Assembly (NCBI GenBank): GCA_964396685.1
Contig: CAYNFS010000001.1
Coordinates: 16,638 to 80,637 of the forward strand
Direction of reading: 5' to 3'
Origin: an uncultured Candidatus Saccharibacteria bacterium
GTDB lineage: Bacteria > Patescibacteriota > Doudnabacteria > UBA920 > 2-01-FULL-46-14
DNA length: 64,000 nucleotides
In this document: piece after piece, positions 45,980 through 54,957 of the stretch
How positions within the stretch are numbered: the stretch's first letter is position 1
Layout of the letters: each line of letters opens with the position of its first letter
The notes under the pieces: model-generated
Told to the model about the DNA's origin: nothing
Databases searched by the model: none
What the model saw: the letters and a program-made list of their open reading frames with translations, nothing else
Program-made: the position numbers and the translations under genes

Positions 45980-47205
45980 AACCCTTTGATTTTAACTGAT
46001 TGAATAATATCCGCAAGCTCATCAATTAACACTTCATAAGTATAATTTTGGAGCACGCGCTGCCGTCCCGCCTGCCCCAAACGATGGCGTAACGCCTCAT
46101 CCGACAAAAGTTTTACTGCCGCTTGCGCCAGCGTTTTGGCATCGGCCGGGGGCACGACCAAGCCGGTTTGGTTGTGCAAATTTATTTCCGGACCCCCACC
46201 CAAGCTGGTCGTGATTACTGGCAAGCCTGCGGCCATGGCTTCAATCGTGACCTGGCCGAAATGCTCAACCCAAGTGGAGGGGACAATCAAAGCGTCTACG
46301 GCATTCAGGTACTCCGGAAGTTTTTCAAACGGCTTAAGCCCCACAAGTTGCACGTGTTCACGAATGCCCAATTTTTCAATAAGCGCCTTCATTCTCTCAC
46401 TCTCTCCTCCGCCGCCAATAATAACCAGGTTGACGTCCGGAAATTTTGCGATAATGTCCGGCATGGCCTGAAGAAGATAACCAATGCCTTTTTCCGCAAA
46501 ATTTATTCGGCCGATGAAAAGCAAAACTTGCTCGCCACGAATACCCAATTGTTTCTTCCACAATAATTTATCATCGCGCGGGGCAAAAAGATCCGCCTCA
46601 ATGCCAACTGACCAGACTGCGACTTTCTTTGCCACAACACCCAGAGGCCTTTCGGCTTCGGCCGCGGCACGACTCACAAATAATATTTTGGCGGCCTTTT
46701 CATAAATTGTCTTCGCAAACCGACGCTGATTTTTGCGATCCAAAACCCATTCCAAAAAAGGGATTTTGGCAGCGGGACGAGAAAGATGCCATTGCCAAGC
46801 CGTGATTTGTCGAAACATAAACGGAGCGCGCAGCCGGTCACAAATCTTGGCCACCGCAAAACCAGTCTCCCTAGCTTGCCAAACGAGAATCGCGTCATAC
46901 TTCACCGCTCTGTCCAATTTTAACACTGTCTTTCTGGTAGCCCAGAAATACCAAAGCCGCAGCGGTCGGGAAAGAAAAAACAATTTACGGCTATTCCAAA
47001 GCGGGGGGTAGTATCGACAAACCTTCACTCCGCCGACATCTATGCTGCCCTTCTTGAAAAAAGACAGCCACGGCGCCGCCACCAGAACTTCGTGTCCCGA
47101 AGCCGCAAGCCTGCGCATCATTTCTATAAAGTAATGATAGGTGCCCAAGTGTCGCCCCAGCTCTTCCTCCGTTCCAAATTTGTAAGCGACAACGAGAAGC
47201 TTCAT
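45976..47205 (-). CDS. glycosyltransferase family 4
   Basis: EHFGQVTIEAMAAGLPVITT. Confidence 0.85.
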   Translation of the reverse strand: MKLLVVAYKFGTEEELGRHLGTYHYFIEMMRRLAASGHEVLVAAPWLSFFKKGSIDVGGVKVCRYYPPLWNSRKLFFLSRPLRLWYFWATRKTVLKLDRAVKYDAILVWQARETGFAVAKICDRLRAPFMFRQITAWQWHLSRPAAKIPFLEWVLDRKNQRRFAKTIYEKAAKILFVSRAAAEAERPLGVVAKKVAVWSVGIEADLFAPRDDKLLWKKQLGIRGEQVLLFIGRINFAEKGIGYLLQAMPDIIAKFPDVNLVIIGGGGESERMKALIEKLGIREHVQLVGLKPFEKLPEYLNAVDALIVPSTWVEHFGQVTIEAMAAGLPVITTSLGGGPEINLHNQTGLVVPPADAKTLAQAAVKLLSDEALRHRLGQAGRQRVLQNYTYEVLIDELADIIQSVKIKGL

Positions 47206-48293
47206 AGACTAAATTCCTCAATGATTTTTTTCACCAGATTATTCAAATCATGTTCTCTGGCCACCCAGTCTCGCAATTTCTTTGCGAGTGTATGTTTTTC
47301 AGATACCGGAAGATTTTTCATTTGGACTATTCTCACGGCCAGTTCTTCCGGCCTGTCTCTTTGAAAAAAAAGAAGCGAAGATATTTCCCCGAGTGGTTTG
47401 GCAAACGCTTCATTCGAGGTCAAAACCGGAATCCCGCAGGCCGCCGCTTCCAGCACCGTTTTGTCAATACTGCCGGTCTGGCTTAAATTCACAAATAAAT
47501 CCGCTTCCTGATACGCTTCATCAGCATACTCATAGTTCAGCTCGCCTTGGAATTTGACGATCCCCTCCAGATCAGCATTATGAATAAATTCAATCAGAGA
47601 ATCTAGATAGCTCTGATGCTCCGGCAGGCCGATTTTGCCGTAAATTTCAACCACAAAATCCTTAATTTGTTTCTCGTAATATAAAATTTGCGCGGCTTTA
47701 ACGAGAGTTTCATAATCCTTCACAGGCGAAATCCGGCCAATACTTAGTATTTGGAATTTGACCCCCTCTCTTTCTCCCCCTGTCCGCTTGAGGCGGATAG
47801 GGGGAGATGAAGTGGGGGTAAATTTTTCTATATCAATCCCGTGCCCCACCACTTTCACTTTCTTTGACGGCATTCTGAAACTCTCTTTTGACGCCGTAAA
47901 AACCGTATCAACCAAAGCATGAGCGATTTTTAATTTCCAATCTACTGCCTTGTGCGTGTACCATAAAATTATTTTTTTGCCGAAAATTTTGGCTGGCAGC
48001 CAAGCGATGATCGCGTAAAAAGGATGCATGTGCACAAAAAAGCCGTCAGTTTTTTGGGCTAACCTAAAAGCTATAAGCCATAAGCTACAAGCTTGTCTTA
48101 TTTTCCCATACCCCTTCTCTTTGCCGAAAGAATAAACCTCGATATTCGAAGCCAAACCAGAAGTGTCGCCTTTTTCTTGGCAGATGACATAGAGTTTTTC
48201 CAACCTTGCCGCGAGATTGTTAAGCCAGCCAAACACAAACCCCGTTAGCGAATCTCCTCTATCAACTTTTCTGGTTATAAAAACTAACCCCAT
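47202..48293 (-). CDS. glycosyltransferase family 4 (contains in-frame palindromic element A1)
   Basis: TVLEAAACGIPVLTS. Element at 47762-47818 encodes PTSSPPIRLKRTGGEREGV before the conserved ILSIGRISPVKD. Confidence 0.85.
   Translation of the reverse strand: MGLVFITRKVDRGDSLTGFVFGWLNNLAARLEKLYVICQEKGDTSGLASNIEVYSFGKEKGYGKIRQACSLWLIAFRLAQKTDGFFVHMHPFYAIIAWLPAKIFGKKIILWYTHKAVDWKLKIAHALVDTVFTASKESFRMPSKKVKVVGHGIDIEKFTPTSSPPIRLKRTGGEREGVKFQILSIGRISPVKDYETLVKAAQILYYEKQIKDFVVEIYGKIGLPEHQSYLDSLIEFIHNADLEGIVKFQGELNYEYADEAYQEADLFVNLSQTGSIDKTVLEAAACGIPVLTSNEAFAKPLGEISSLLFFQRDRPEELAVRIVQMKNLPVSEKHTLAKKLRDWVAREHDLNNLVKKIIEEFSL
47762..47818. repeat. palindromic element family A, copy A1 (ccccctctctttctccccc-N19-gggggagatgaagtggggg)
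   Basis: Imperfect inverted C5/G5-bounded arms. 57 nt, in frame in a GT4 gene. Confidence 0.8.
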
Positions 48294-48709
48294 TGTTTCG
48301 GGATAATGAAACTAAAGGTCTTAGGATGAATAATAGGAATACCGCGAAATGTCTTGATTTTGAGCAAGTGCTTATCCATAGTTACAATCAGATTTGCCTT
48401 AGCCGCAACCGCACATTCCAAAATTTTATTATCATCGGGATCTTTCTCGACAACTCGTACCTGTTCTCTAACTGCAACAAATCGACAACGCCTTAAAATT
48501 AATTGCTTAAAATCCTCGATATCGGATGAGGCAGCCAATCCCTTTTCCGGAAATATAGATAATTTAGCAAATATTTCTTCTAATATTTCTGCAGAAATGA
48601 ATAAAAAATAACCATTCTTTGGATCAAGAACAGTCTGCAAAAGTCTGTACGAAAAGCCGCGACTCAATACTGCTGAAACAAAAATATTGGAATCGAAAAT
48701 GATTCTCAC
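48284..48709 (-). CDS. vapC: PIN-domain protein (VapC-like toxin)
   Basis: MRIIFDSNIF...DPDDNKILECA...LIVTMDKHL acidic quartet. Confidence 0.7.
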   Translation of the reverse strand: MRIIFDSNIFVSAVLSRGFSYRLLQTVLDPKNGYFLFISAEILEEIFAKLSIFPEKGLAASSDIEDFKQLILRRCRFVAVREQVRVVEKDPDDNKILECAVAAKANLIVTMDKHLLKIKTFRGIPIIHPKTFSFIIPKQWG

Positions 48710-48716
48710 AGATATT

Positions 48717-48956
48717 TTAGCCGAAATACTTCTCCACGTCCTCTTCCGTTTTTATTCCAAGTTTTTTGGCGGCCCGTCCAAAAATTTTCTGAAGCCGGTC
48801 AAGTTCACTTTTCACGACATAACTGCTGAACGCATCTTTAGCCGCTTGACTCACGGGAATTCCTCGGTCTTTAGAAAATCTAATAACCTCCTCTTTGAGG
48901 GATTTAGGGAGCGAAACGCTAAGAATTTCTGTTTTATTGCGGTTAGCTTGAGGCAT
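48717..48956 (-). CDS. ribbon-helix-helix (CopG/Arc-like) antitoxin candidate
   Basis: Small basic protein 7 nt upstream of the PIN gene. LSVSLPKSLKEEVIRFSKDRGIPVSQAAKDAF. Confidence 0.5.
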   Translation of the reverse strand: MPQANRNKTEILSVSLPKSLKEEVIRFSKDRGIPVSQAAKDAFSSYVVKSELDRLQKIFGRAAKKLGIKTEEDVEKYFG

Positions 48957-49097
48957 GTTATTTATGAATTAATTTTTATTACTCTGTAATAAGATTACAT
49001 TATTCAAACGCGATTTGTCAAGGGAGAGGAGATGGGATGCTTGTCACACTCCCCTACCTAGCCCCTCCCATCCAGGGAAGGGAAAATTAAGCTTAAA

Positions 49098-49817
49098 TTA
49101 CCTAAACAATCCATACCTTACTATCCACCAAATCGCGGCAACGCCGTCTTTCCAGTTGATCTTTTTGCCCTCTTCATAGGTGCGGCCGTGGTAGGAAATG
49201 CCGGCTTCATAAACCCGCAATTTGAATTTCGAAGCGAGTGAGACGAGCTCTGGTTCGATTCCAAATCGCTTAGAGGAGAGACGGGCTTTGATCAAATCAA
49301 CGGCTTTGCGGTTAAACGTTTTGTAGCAGGCGTAAACATCGGATAGATTAAGATTGGTGAACATGTTGGAAAAAGTGGTCAAGGCGCGATTTCCCAGATA
49401 ATGCCAGAAATACAAGACGCGGTGGGGGCGTTCGGAAATAAACCGCGAGCCAAAAACCGCATCAGCCTCTCCCGCCACAATCGGGGCGACAAGCGCTTGA
49501 TACTCGTCTGGGTCGTATTCCAAATCCGCATCCTGAATAATCACGAAATCGCCGGTCGCGGCCAAAAAGCCCGCCTTTACCGCAGCACCTTTTCCTTCGT
49601 TTCTTTCCTTAAAAATTATTTTGTATTCGTTTGCGACACCTCGCAAAATTTTCCGCGTCCCGTCGGTTGAGCAGTCATCAATGACAATGATTTCTTTTTC
49701 AATTCCCAAAAGCTTGCTCTGCTTAACCCGCTGCAGCACTTCCAGAATGGTATTTTTTTCGTTGTAAACCGGGATGATAATAGATAATGTCATGCAGTTT
49801 TGGCAATGTCTTTCCAA
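49098..49817 (-). CDS. glycosyltransferase family 2 (DPM1/polyprenyl-phosphate glycosyltransferase-like)
   Basis: LSIIIPVYNE...DDCSTDGT...QDADLEY. Confidence 0.85.
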   Translation of the reverse strand: MERHCQNCMTLSIIIPVYNEKNTILEVLQRVKQSKLLGIEKEIIVIDDCSTDGTRKILRGVANEYKIIFKERNEGKGAAVKAGFLAATGDFVIIQDADLEYDPDEYQALVAPIVAGEADAVFGSRFISERPHRVLYFWHYLGNRALTTFSNMFTNLNLSDVYACYKTFNRKAVDLIKARLSSKRFGIEPELVSLASKFKLRVYEAGISYHGRTYEEGKKINWKDGVAAIWWIVRYGLFR

Positions 49818-50860
49818 AAATTAACGATTCGAGGAATCGCTTTCTCGGAATCATAAAGCCTCGCCTCCTCCTGCGCTTTCCCACCAAGCCGTGAGCGCAA
49901 ATCGGGACTAGCAATGAGCCTTTCAAGCGTCTTCCTTAATTCCGCCTTGCCGCCAATGTAAACTAAAAGTCCATTTTCGCCGTTTCTGATAATGTTAATA
50001 GCGCCCGGAGTTCTGGTCGCCACAATTGCGCAACGGGCGGCGGCCGCTTCCAAAAGTGCCCAGCCAAAGCTTTCAGTATTGGAAGGCAGAACAAAGATAT
50101 CCGCCTCCCGATATATAGGCGGCAGCTCTTCGTGAGTTTTGAATCCCAAAAATTCAATTTGTTTGGCATCCCTCGCGAGATTTTTAAGCTTACCCTCCTG
50201 CGGCCCTTGGCCTGCAATCTTCAAAACCGCCGCGACTTTCAATTCTTTAACCGCCTCAATGAGCATAGCCACATTTTTCTCGGTGGACAAGCGGCCGACA
50301 AAAAGAATCACGGGAATCGGGTTTGTTTTTTTATCTGGTGTAAAAAAATCCTTAATGGCTACGGGGGTGGGTGCTACCAAAACGGGTTTGCCAATGCCCC
50401 ACTTATCGAGTCTTTCGGCAATATTTGAATTCACTACCCGAAAAGCATCGGCTATTTTGATCGCTTTCTTGATGCAGATATACAAAAACCATTTGAGAGG
50501 GTCTAGCCCGAGCCACTTACTTGTAAAAAACATGCTGTGAATGCTCACAAGCAAAGGCGTGCCGAATTTGGCTTTAAGCCTTGCCCCGACTGGGGAGGCA
50601 AATTCCTGGGTCACGACAAGCTCATATTTGTTTTGGACAAACAGGCGCGCGGCCAGCTGATACGCCTTTTGGTAGTGGAAAAATTTGGTGGAGCCCGTGC
50701 TGTACACTCGAAAATTTGAAGTCCACTCGAGCGCTGACTGGTTTGGCGCAAAAACAATGACGTCCAAAGCGCCAGCACAGTCTGCGTATTTTTTGTGCCT
50801 TTCTGTTACCTCCCCGGCCGTAAAAAGTCTTCTGTCCAAACTGATCATCAAGACACGCAT
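49790..50860 (-). CDS. glycosyltransferase family 4
   Basis: ESFGWALLEAAAARCAIVAT. Confidence 0.85.
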   Translation of the reverse strand: MRVLMISLDRRLFTAGEVTERHKKYADCAGALDVIVFAPNQSALEWTSNFRVYSTGSTKFFHYQKAYQLAARLFVQNKYELVVTQEFASPVGARLKAKFGTPLLVSIHSMFFTSKWLGLDPLKWFLYICIKKAIKIADAFRVVNSNIAERLDKWGIGKPVLVAPTPVAIKDFFTPDKKTNPIPVILFVGRLSTEKNVAMLIEAVKELKVAAVLKIAGQGPQEGKLKNLARDAKQIEFLGFKTHEELPPIYREADIFVLPSNTESFGWALLEAAAARCAIVATRTPGAINIIRNGENGLLVYIGGKAELRKTLERLIASPDLRSRLGGKAQEEARLYDSEKAIPRIVNFWKDIAKTA

Positions 50861-51990
50861 TTTTGCAGTATCTTAATTGTTCTTTCTATCATATTTTTCT
50901 TTGAGAGATTTACCTTAAATTTCTCAAACGCGCTTCTGGCACTGCTCGCAAGCTTTTGCCGTAAGGCAGGATCACTGTAAACTTGCAAAATAGCCTTTTT
51001 CAGCTGCTCTTTATTATTATACTCGATCAAAATCCCGCTTACTTTGTCCTCGACAAGCTCCGCGTTCCCGCCAATGCGAGTCGCAATGACGGGCAACCCA
51101 GCTGACATCGCCTCCAAAATCGTGTGCGACAACCCTTCGTAACCGGTATTGAGCACAAAAAGATCAGACGAGCCGAATTTTTTATACAATTCAGCACGGG
51201 GCAGATCATGATAAATCTCAAGCCTGATATCCGGATAGATTTGTTGCAGCTCTCCTACCGCCTTCCTCAATAATTCAAAGCCTTTCCAAGGAACATCGCG
51301 CCCGGCAGAAACAATCAGAAATTCTGACCCCCTCTCTTTCTCCCCCTTAACAAGGGGGAGATGAAGAGGGGGTATCGCGTTGTAAATTACTTCAACGTGG
51401 CTTTCTTTGACCCCCCAGCCCATAACCAAATTTTTCAAGTACAATGAGGGCACAACGACTTTGCAGGCCGCCTTGCAAACGCGAATCTGGATGTCGCGCA
51501 TCTTGGCAATTTTTTTGGGATAGCGGGGCAATTTCTGAAATTCGTCAATCAATTTATCAGTCAAGCCACGGCCCATGGCCTGCTCCCAGGAATAATCCCC
51601 GGTAATTTTCACGACATAGGGTTTTTTGAGCACGCGAGCGGCCAGAGAGGTCGGGTAGCCGGCCGAGACGGGATCTTGGGCGTAAAATATGTCAAAACCC
51701 CTGCCGAATTTTTTTACAGCGCGGAAATATTTATAGTAATGCCAGGGCTTGAACCAGGAGCGTGTGACGCGTGTTACTAAATAATCGTCATTGCGAGGAG
51801 TCTGCGACGAAGCAACCCCTGTGAGATTGCCGCGCTCCCTGCGGTCGCTCGCAATGACACTAGAATTTCCATAGGTAATCACCCTCACCTCATGCCCTAA
51901 TTTCTTTAACCCCCATGCGAGGAATTCACTATACGTCGCCGGCCCTCCTATCTCGGGCGGGAAAATCCCAGTACAAATTAAGATTCTCAT
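50848..51990 (-). CDS. glycosyltransferase family 4 (contains in-frame palindromic elements A2 and B1)
   Basis: EGLSHTILEAMSAGLPVIAT. Insert peptides PPLHLPLVKGEKERGSE and VIASDRRERGNLTGVASSQTPRNDD. Confidence 0.85.
   Translation of the reverse strand: MRILICTGIFPPEIGGPATYSEFLAWGLKKLGHEVRVITYGNSSVIASDRRERGNLTGVASSQTPRNDDYLVTRVTRSWFKPWHYYKYFRAVKKFGRGFDIFYAQDPVSAGYPTSLAARVLKKPYVVKITGDYSWEQAMGRGLTDKLIDEFQKLPRYPKKIAKMRDIQIRVCKAACKVVVPSLYLKNLVMGWGVKESHVEVIYNAIPPLHLPLVKGEKERGSEFLIVSAGRDVPWKGFELLRKAVGELQQIYPDIRLEIYHDLPRAELYKKFGSSDLFVLNTGYEGLSHTILEAMSAGLPVIATRIGGNAELVEDKVSGILIEYNNKEQLKKAILQVYSDPALRQKLASSARSAFEKFKVNLSKKNMIERTIKILQKCVS
51328..51372. repeat. palindromic element family A, copy A2 (short 7-nt spacer)
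   Basis: Identical left arm. 45 nt, in frame. Confidence 0.8.
51787..51858. repeat. palindromic element family B, copy B1 (gtcattgcga...tcgcaatgac termini)
   Basis: 10-bp perfect inverted termini plus inner cgacgaagcaa arm. 72 nt, in frame. Confidence 0.8.
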
Positions 51991-53681
51991 TTGAATTGTC
52001 CGTGATAAATGTAAAAGGCTTCGCGACCCTGGTCATCATAAATAATCTCCGGAGTAATTCCTTGATTTACAAAATTATCTACCAAAATCTTGGTTTCAGG
52101 GAAATTGACCCGGGACTCGCGAGCCACCTCCTTTCCAGATACCACCAGATATAAGCTGTCTAAATTCAGGCTATTAAACATGGTAAGGTCGTTCTCGCTT
52201 CGGACAACCTTTAAAAATTCTTCCGAAGTCATAATCAAAAAGCGGTGATATTGCTTCCATCTTTCAAAAATCCACATGGTGGCAAACCAGTTTGTTTGAA
52301 GATCGTAAATCAGAAGCGAGGCAAAAGGTGTTGAACCTTCCCGCAGCATCGCGAAATCAACAGCCTCTGGTTTCATGTCTTTGTACCACCAGAGCCTTGC
52401 TGCTTCTTGAACATTGGGCGGCGAGCGTTTACCGGCAAGCAGTTCTGTAATTTTTTGATCCAGCTGGGTATAGCCGTAATTTTCTACACGAAAATCAGAA
52501 TATAAAAATTGACCCCCAACAGGCTTGCGTAAATGATTCGTATTTATGATGTAAAATACAAAAAAAACTGAAACAATTCCTACAAGTGCCCAAACCAGAT
52601 ATTTAAGCTTTTGATAAGAATTGGTCCTTTGCCAAGAACCGAATCCTAAACCCAAAACCAAAGCAGCAAATGGACTTGTCACCCCCAACCATCTGGCGGC
52701 ACCTCCCACAACCGGAAAAATGATTAGCATGGAACTGATTACTAAAACCGGCAAAAGTTTGACCGATAAAAACCGCTCTTTGCGCAGAAAAAAGAGCAGA
52801 GTTGAAAACGATAGGACAACAAGCGCAAAATACGGGATTGAATATCCTTCAACGAGTGTGTTTACAACTGCCCCAAAATTCCACCGCAGCGGCTGGACAC
52901 GATTGGAAAGTAGAGTCCAGTCAGCATGCTGCTGTTTGAAAAGGTCCGAAAACTGGACGTCAAAATGCCCACGAGCCACATACAGCATGAGATTATAAAT
53001 TATTATCGGGCTTATCGCCAAAACGAAAATTATAACGCCCTGCCAGAATTTTTTGTTTGAGAAAATTTGCCTCTGCTTCCAGAGAATATACAAAAAAAGT
53101 CCCGGCAAAACAAAAAGAAAGGTGTATTTGGTCAAAAAGGCCAATCCGAGGTAAAAACCGGCATGCCGGAAAAATTTTGGGCTGTCCTCCAAAGCTTTGA
53201 GCAAATACAAGATACCAAGCAACAGAAAAAAAGTGAAAACACTTTCCAATAATCCAATCCGCCCAGTCCAAATGAAGTAATTATTCAAAACCAAAGCGCC
53301 CATTGAAAGCAGCCCCGCTTCTATTCCCGCCATTCGTTTGCCAATCAAATAAACCAAAACTGCGGAACCCAAAGCGGCAAAAACAGAAGGAAGTCTGGAA
53401 ATCAAAATTGAAACGCCAAAAATTTTAAAAAACCAATTTTGAATCAAAAAAAACAGCATGGGATGATCGTGGAAAGACAAATATGACCACCATGGCCTTT
53501 CCCCAAACCACTGTACCGGAGTGGTCTGTTTCAAAGAGGACAAAAAATCAAAATAGCCAAGCGAACGGAAAGCGTAGTGTCCGTCATCGCCCAGCATGTC
53601 CTGCCGCGTCAGGCGGAAAAAAAGCAGGAACGCGGCGAGCAACATCAGACTGATAAAAATTATTTTCTGATTCTTGGACAC
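51987..53681 (-). CDS. glycosyltransferase family 39/83-like (ArnT/PMT-type) polytopic membrane glycosyltransferase
   Basis: Eleven or more TM helices. N-terminal DDGHYAF-type periplasmic loop resembling the GT-C ArnT/PMT DE/DD motif. Confidence 0.7.
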   Translation of the reverse strand: MSKNQKIIFISLMLLAAFLLFFRLTRQDMLGDDGHYAFRSLGYFDFLSSLKQTTPVQWFGERPWWSYLSFHDHPMLFFLIQNWFFKIFGVSILISRLPSVFAALGSAVLVYLIGKRMAGIEAGLLSMGALVLNNYFIWTGRIGLLESVFTFFLLLGILYLLKALEDSPKFFRHAGFYLGLAFLTKYTFLFVLPGLFLYILWKQRQIFSNKKFWQGVIIFVLAISPIIIYNLMLYVARGHFDVQFSDLFKQQHADWTLLSNRVQPLRWNFGAVVNTLVEGYSIPYFALVVLSFSTLLFFLRKERFLSVKLLPVLVISSMLIIFPVVGGAARWLGVTSPFAALVLGLGFGSWQRTNSYQKLKYLVWALVGIVSVFFVFYIINTNHLRKPVGGQFLYSDFRVENYGYTQLDQKITELLAGKRSPPNVQEAARLWWYKDMKPEAVDFAMLREGSTPFASLLIYDLQTNWFATMWIFERWKQYHRFLIMTSEEFLKVVRSENDLTMFNSLNLDSLYLVVSGKEVARESRVNFPETKILVDNFVNQGITPEIIYDDQGREAFYIYHGQFK

Positions 53682-53789
53682 GTCTTTGAAATAGGAATAT
53701 GCTATTATTAACTCGCCAAAATCATATCATATATCCGCACAACAAACCAATTTATGCTATTATAAACTCATCATATCGCCCAAAAACGA

Positions 53790-53834
53790 GTTATCGGAAA
53801 TATTGCTCTTTTAAAACAAATATTTTTAGGAAGC
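53790..53834. repeat. left arm of an approximately 45-bp imperfect inverted repeat flanking the small ORF cassette
   Basis: gttatcggaaatattgctcttttaaaacaaatatttttaggaagc. Its reverse complement recurs at 54133-54208. Confidence 0.8.
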
Positions 53835-53852
53835 TACATTAAACAACCAAAA

Positions 53853-53858
53853 AGGAGG
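53853..53858 (+). promoter_or_regulatory. Shine-Dalgarno AGGAGG, 6 nt upstream of ATG 53865
   Basis: Perfect AGGAGG. Confidence 0.6.
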
Positions 53859-53864
53859 CGTGCC

Positions 53865-54092
53865 ATGACACGTTATACCGCGCTTGTTATTCAAAGCGGA
53901 GGCGACATTCGCTGTAAACCATACCAGCACAAAGTTACTGGCAAATGGGCTGGAGCAGTAAATCTGTACCATGATGGTTCTCTCCATACCACGCTACTTT
54001 CTTCGAAACCGGTCTTTGAATCTTCCGAGATGGCAGTGGCCTATATGGAGGATGTCGTCAAGCGGGTTCGCGCCGCAAATGTGCTGACCTAA
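53865..54092 (+). CDS. small hypothetical protein (75 aa) inside the IR-bounded cassette
   Basis: Strong SD, ORF followed by two hairpins. No recognisable domain. Confidence 0.45.
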   Translation: MTRYTALVIQSGGDIRCKPYQHKVTGKWAGAVNLYHDGSLHTTLLSSKPVFESSEMAVAYMEDVVKRVRAANVLT

Positions 54093-54132
54093 AGTCAGCT
54101 TCCAAATTTCCGGGGAGACGCAACGTTTCCCC
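54083..54132 (+). terminator. two consecutive hairpins (gctgac-ctaaa-gtcagc; ggggagacg-caa-cgtttcccc) after the small ORF, possible terminator
   Basis: Stems read directly from the sequence. No clean U-tract. Confidence 0.3.
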
Positions 54133-54208
54133 GCTTCCTAAAAATATTTGTTTTATTTTGGCTAACCGCCAAAAGGCTATCGCCTAAAAGAGCAATACAT
54201 CCGATAAC
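54133..54208. repeat. right arm of the inverted repeat (interrupted by an approximately 29-nt insertion containing the ttttggc/gccaaaa mini-hairpin)
   Basis: gcttcctaaaaatatttgtttta ... taaaagagcaatacatccgataac. Reverse complement of the left arm with 2 mismatches. Confidence 0.8.
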
Positions 54209-54295
54209 ACGGCATATCTGAAAAAATAAGCCACGTAGCAGGCTGGTTTTTGGCAAATTGCCGATTTTTCTTTTATTTGTTATGCTTACGCCACC

Positions 54296-54586
54296 ATGGC
54301 ACAAATAAAAATACGCGAGAAAATTCGTAAACAATTTCCTTTATTAAGGGAAAAATACCATGTCAAAAAGATCGGGATTTTTGGCTCTTTTGCCCGTGGC
54401 GAACAAGAAAAGGGAAGCGACTTGGATGTTCTGGTGGAATTCGAAACTCCCGTCAGCTTTTTTGATTTTATCAGGCTGGAAAATTTTTTAACCCATGCTT
54501 TACGCAAAAAAGTGGATTTAGTTTCCAAGAGGGCCGTCAAGCCAGCGGTAAAAAAGGAAATTTTCAAAGAAGTGCAATATGTCTAA
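54296..54586 (+). CDS. minimal nucleotidyltransferase (MNT) antitoxin-type protein
   Basis: GIFGSFARGE...SDLDVLVEF (GS...DxD). Confidence 0.8.
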   Translation: MAQIKIREKIRKQFPLLREKYHVKKIGIFGSFARGEQEKGSDLDVLVEFETPVSFFDFIRLENFLTHALRKKVDLVSKRAVKPAVKKEIFKEVQYV

Positions 54587-54923
54587 AAGAGGGATAAGAC
54601 TCTACCTTGAAGATATCCAGAATTCTATTCGAAAAATAGAGAAGTATACACGTGGCTCTAATTTTGATAAATTTTCCAAAGATGAAAAATTGATTGACGC
54701 AGTCGTCAGGAATCTCTCTGTTATCGGCGAAGCGGTCAGGAGTATTCCCCGGCATATGAAGGCCAAAAATCCAGACATGGCTTGGAAAGAAGTCAAAGGC
54801 ATGAGAAACAAGGTTGTTCATGAGTATTTTGGCATTGATGAAGAAATCTTGTGGAAGACTATTCAAGAAGATCTGCCAGTTTTCAAAAAGCAAATCGCCA
54901 GACTATTAAGCGATATTAAATAA
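54579..54923 (+). CDS. hepT: HepT-like HEPN toxin (DUF86)
   Basis: Rx4-6H HEPN motif RNKVVHEY. Overlaps the MNT gene stop. Confidence 0.8.
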   Translation: MSKRGIRLYLEDIQNSIRKIEKYTRGSNFDKFSKDEKLIDAVVRNLSVIGEAVRSIPRHMKAKNPDMAWKEVKGMRNKVVHEYFGIDEEILWKTIQEDLPVFKKQIARLLSDIK

Positions 54924-54957
54924 AAGAAAAATCGGCAACTTCAGATACACTTGAACG

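Noticed and set aside
48066-48093. Additional heptamer repeat (gctataa/gccataa/gctacaa)
   Set aside because: Only three imperfect units. Not comparable to the three clean 4-5-unit arrays.
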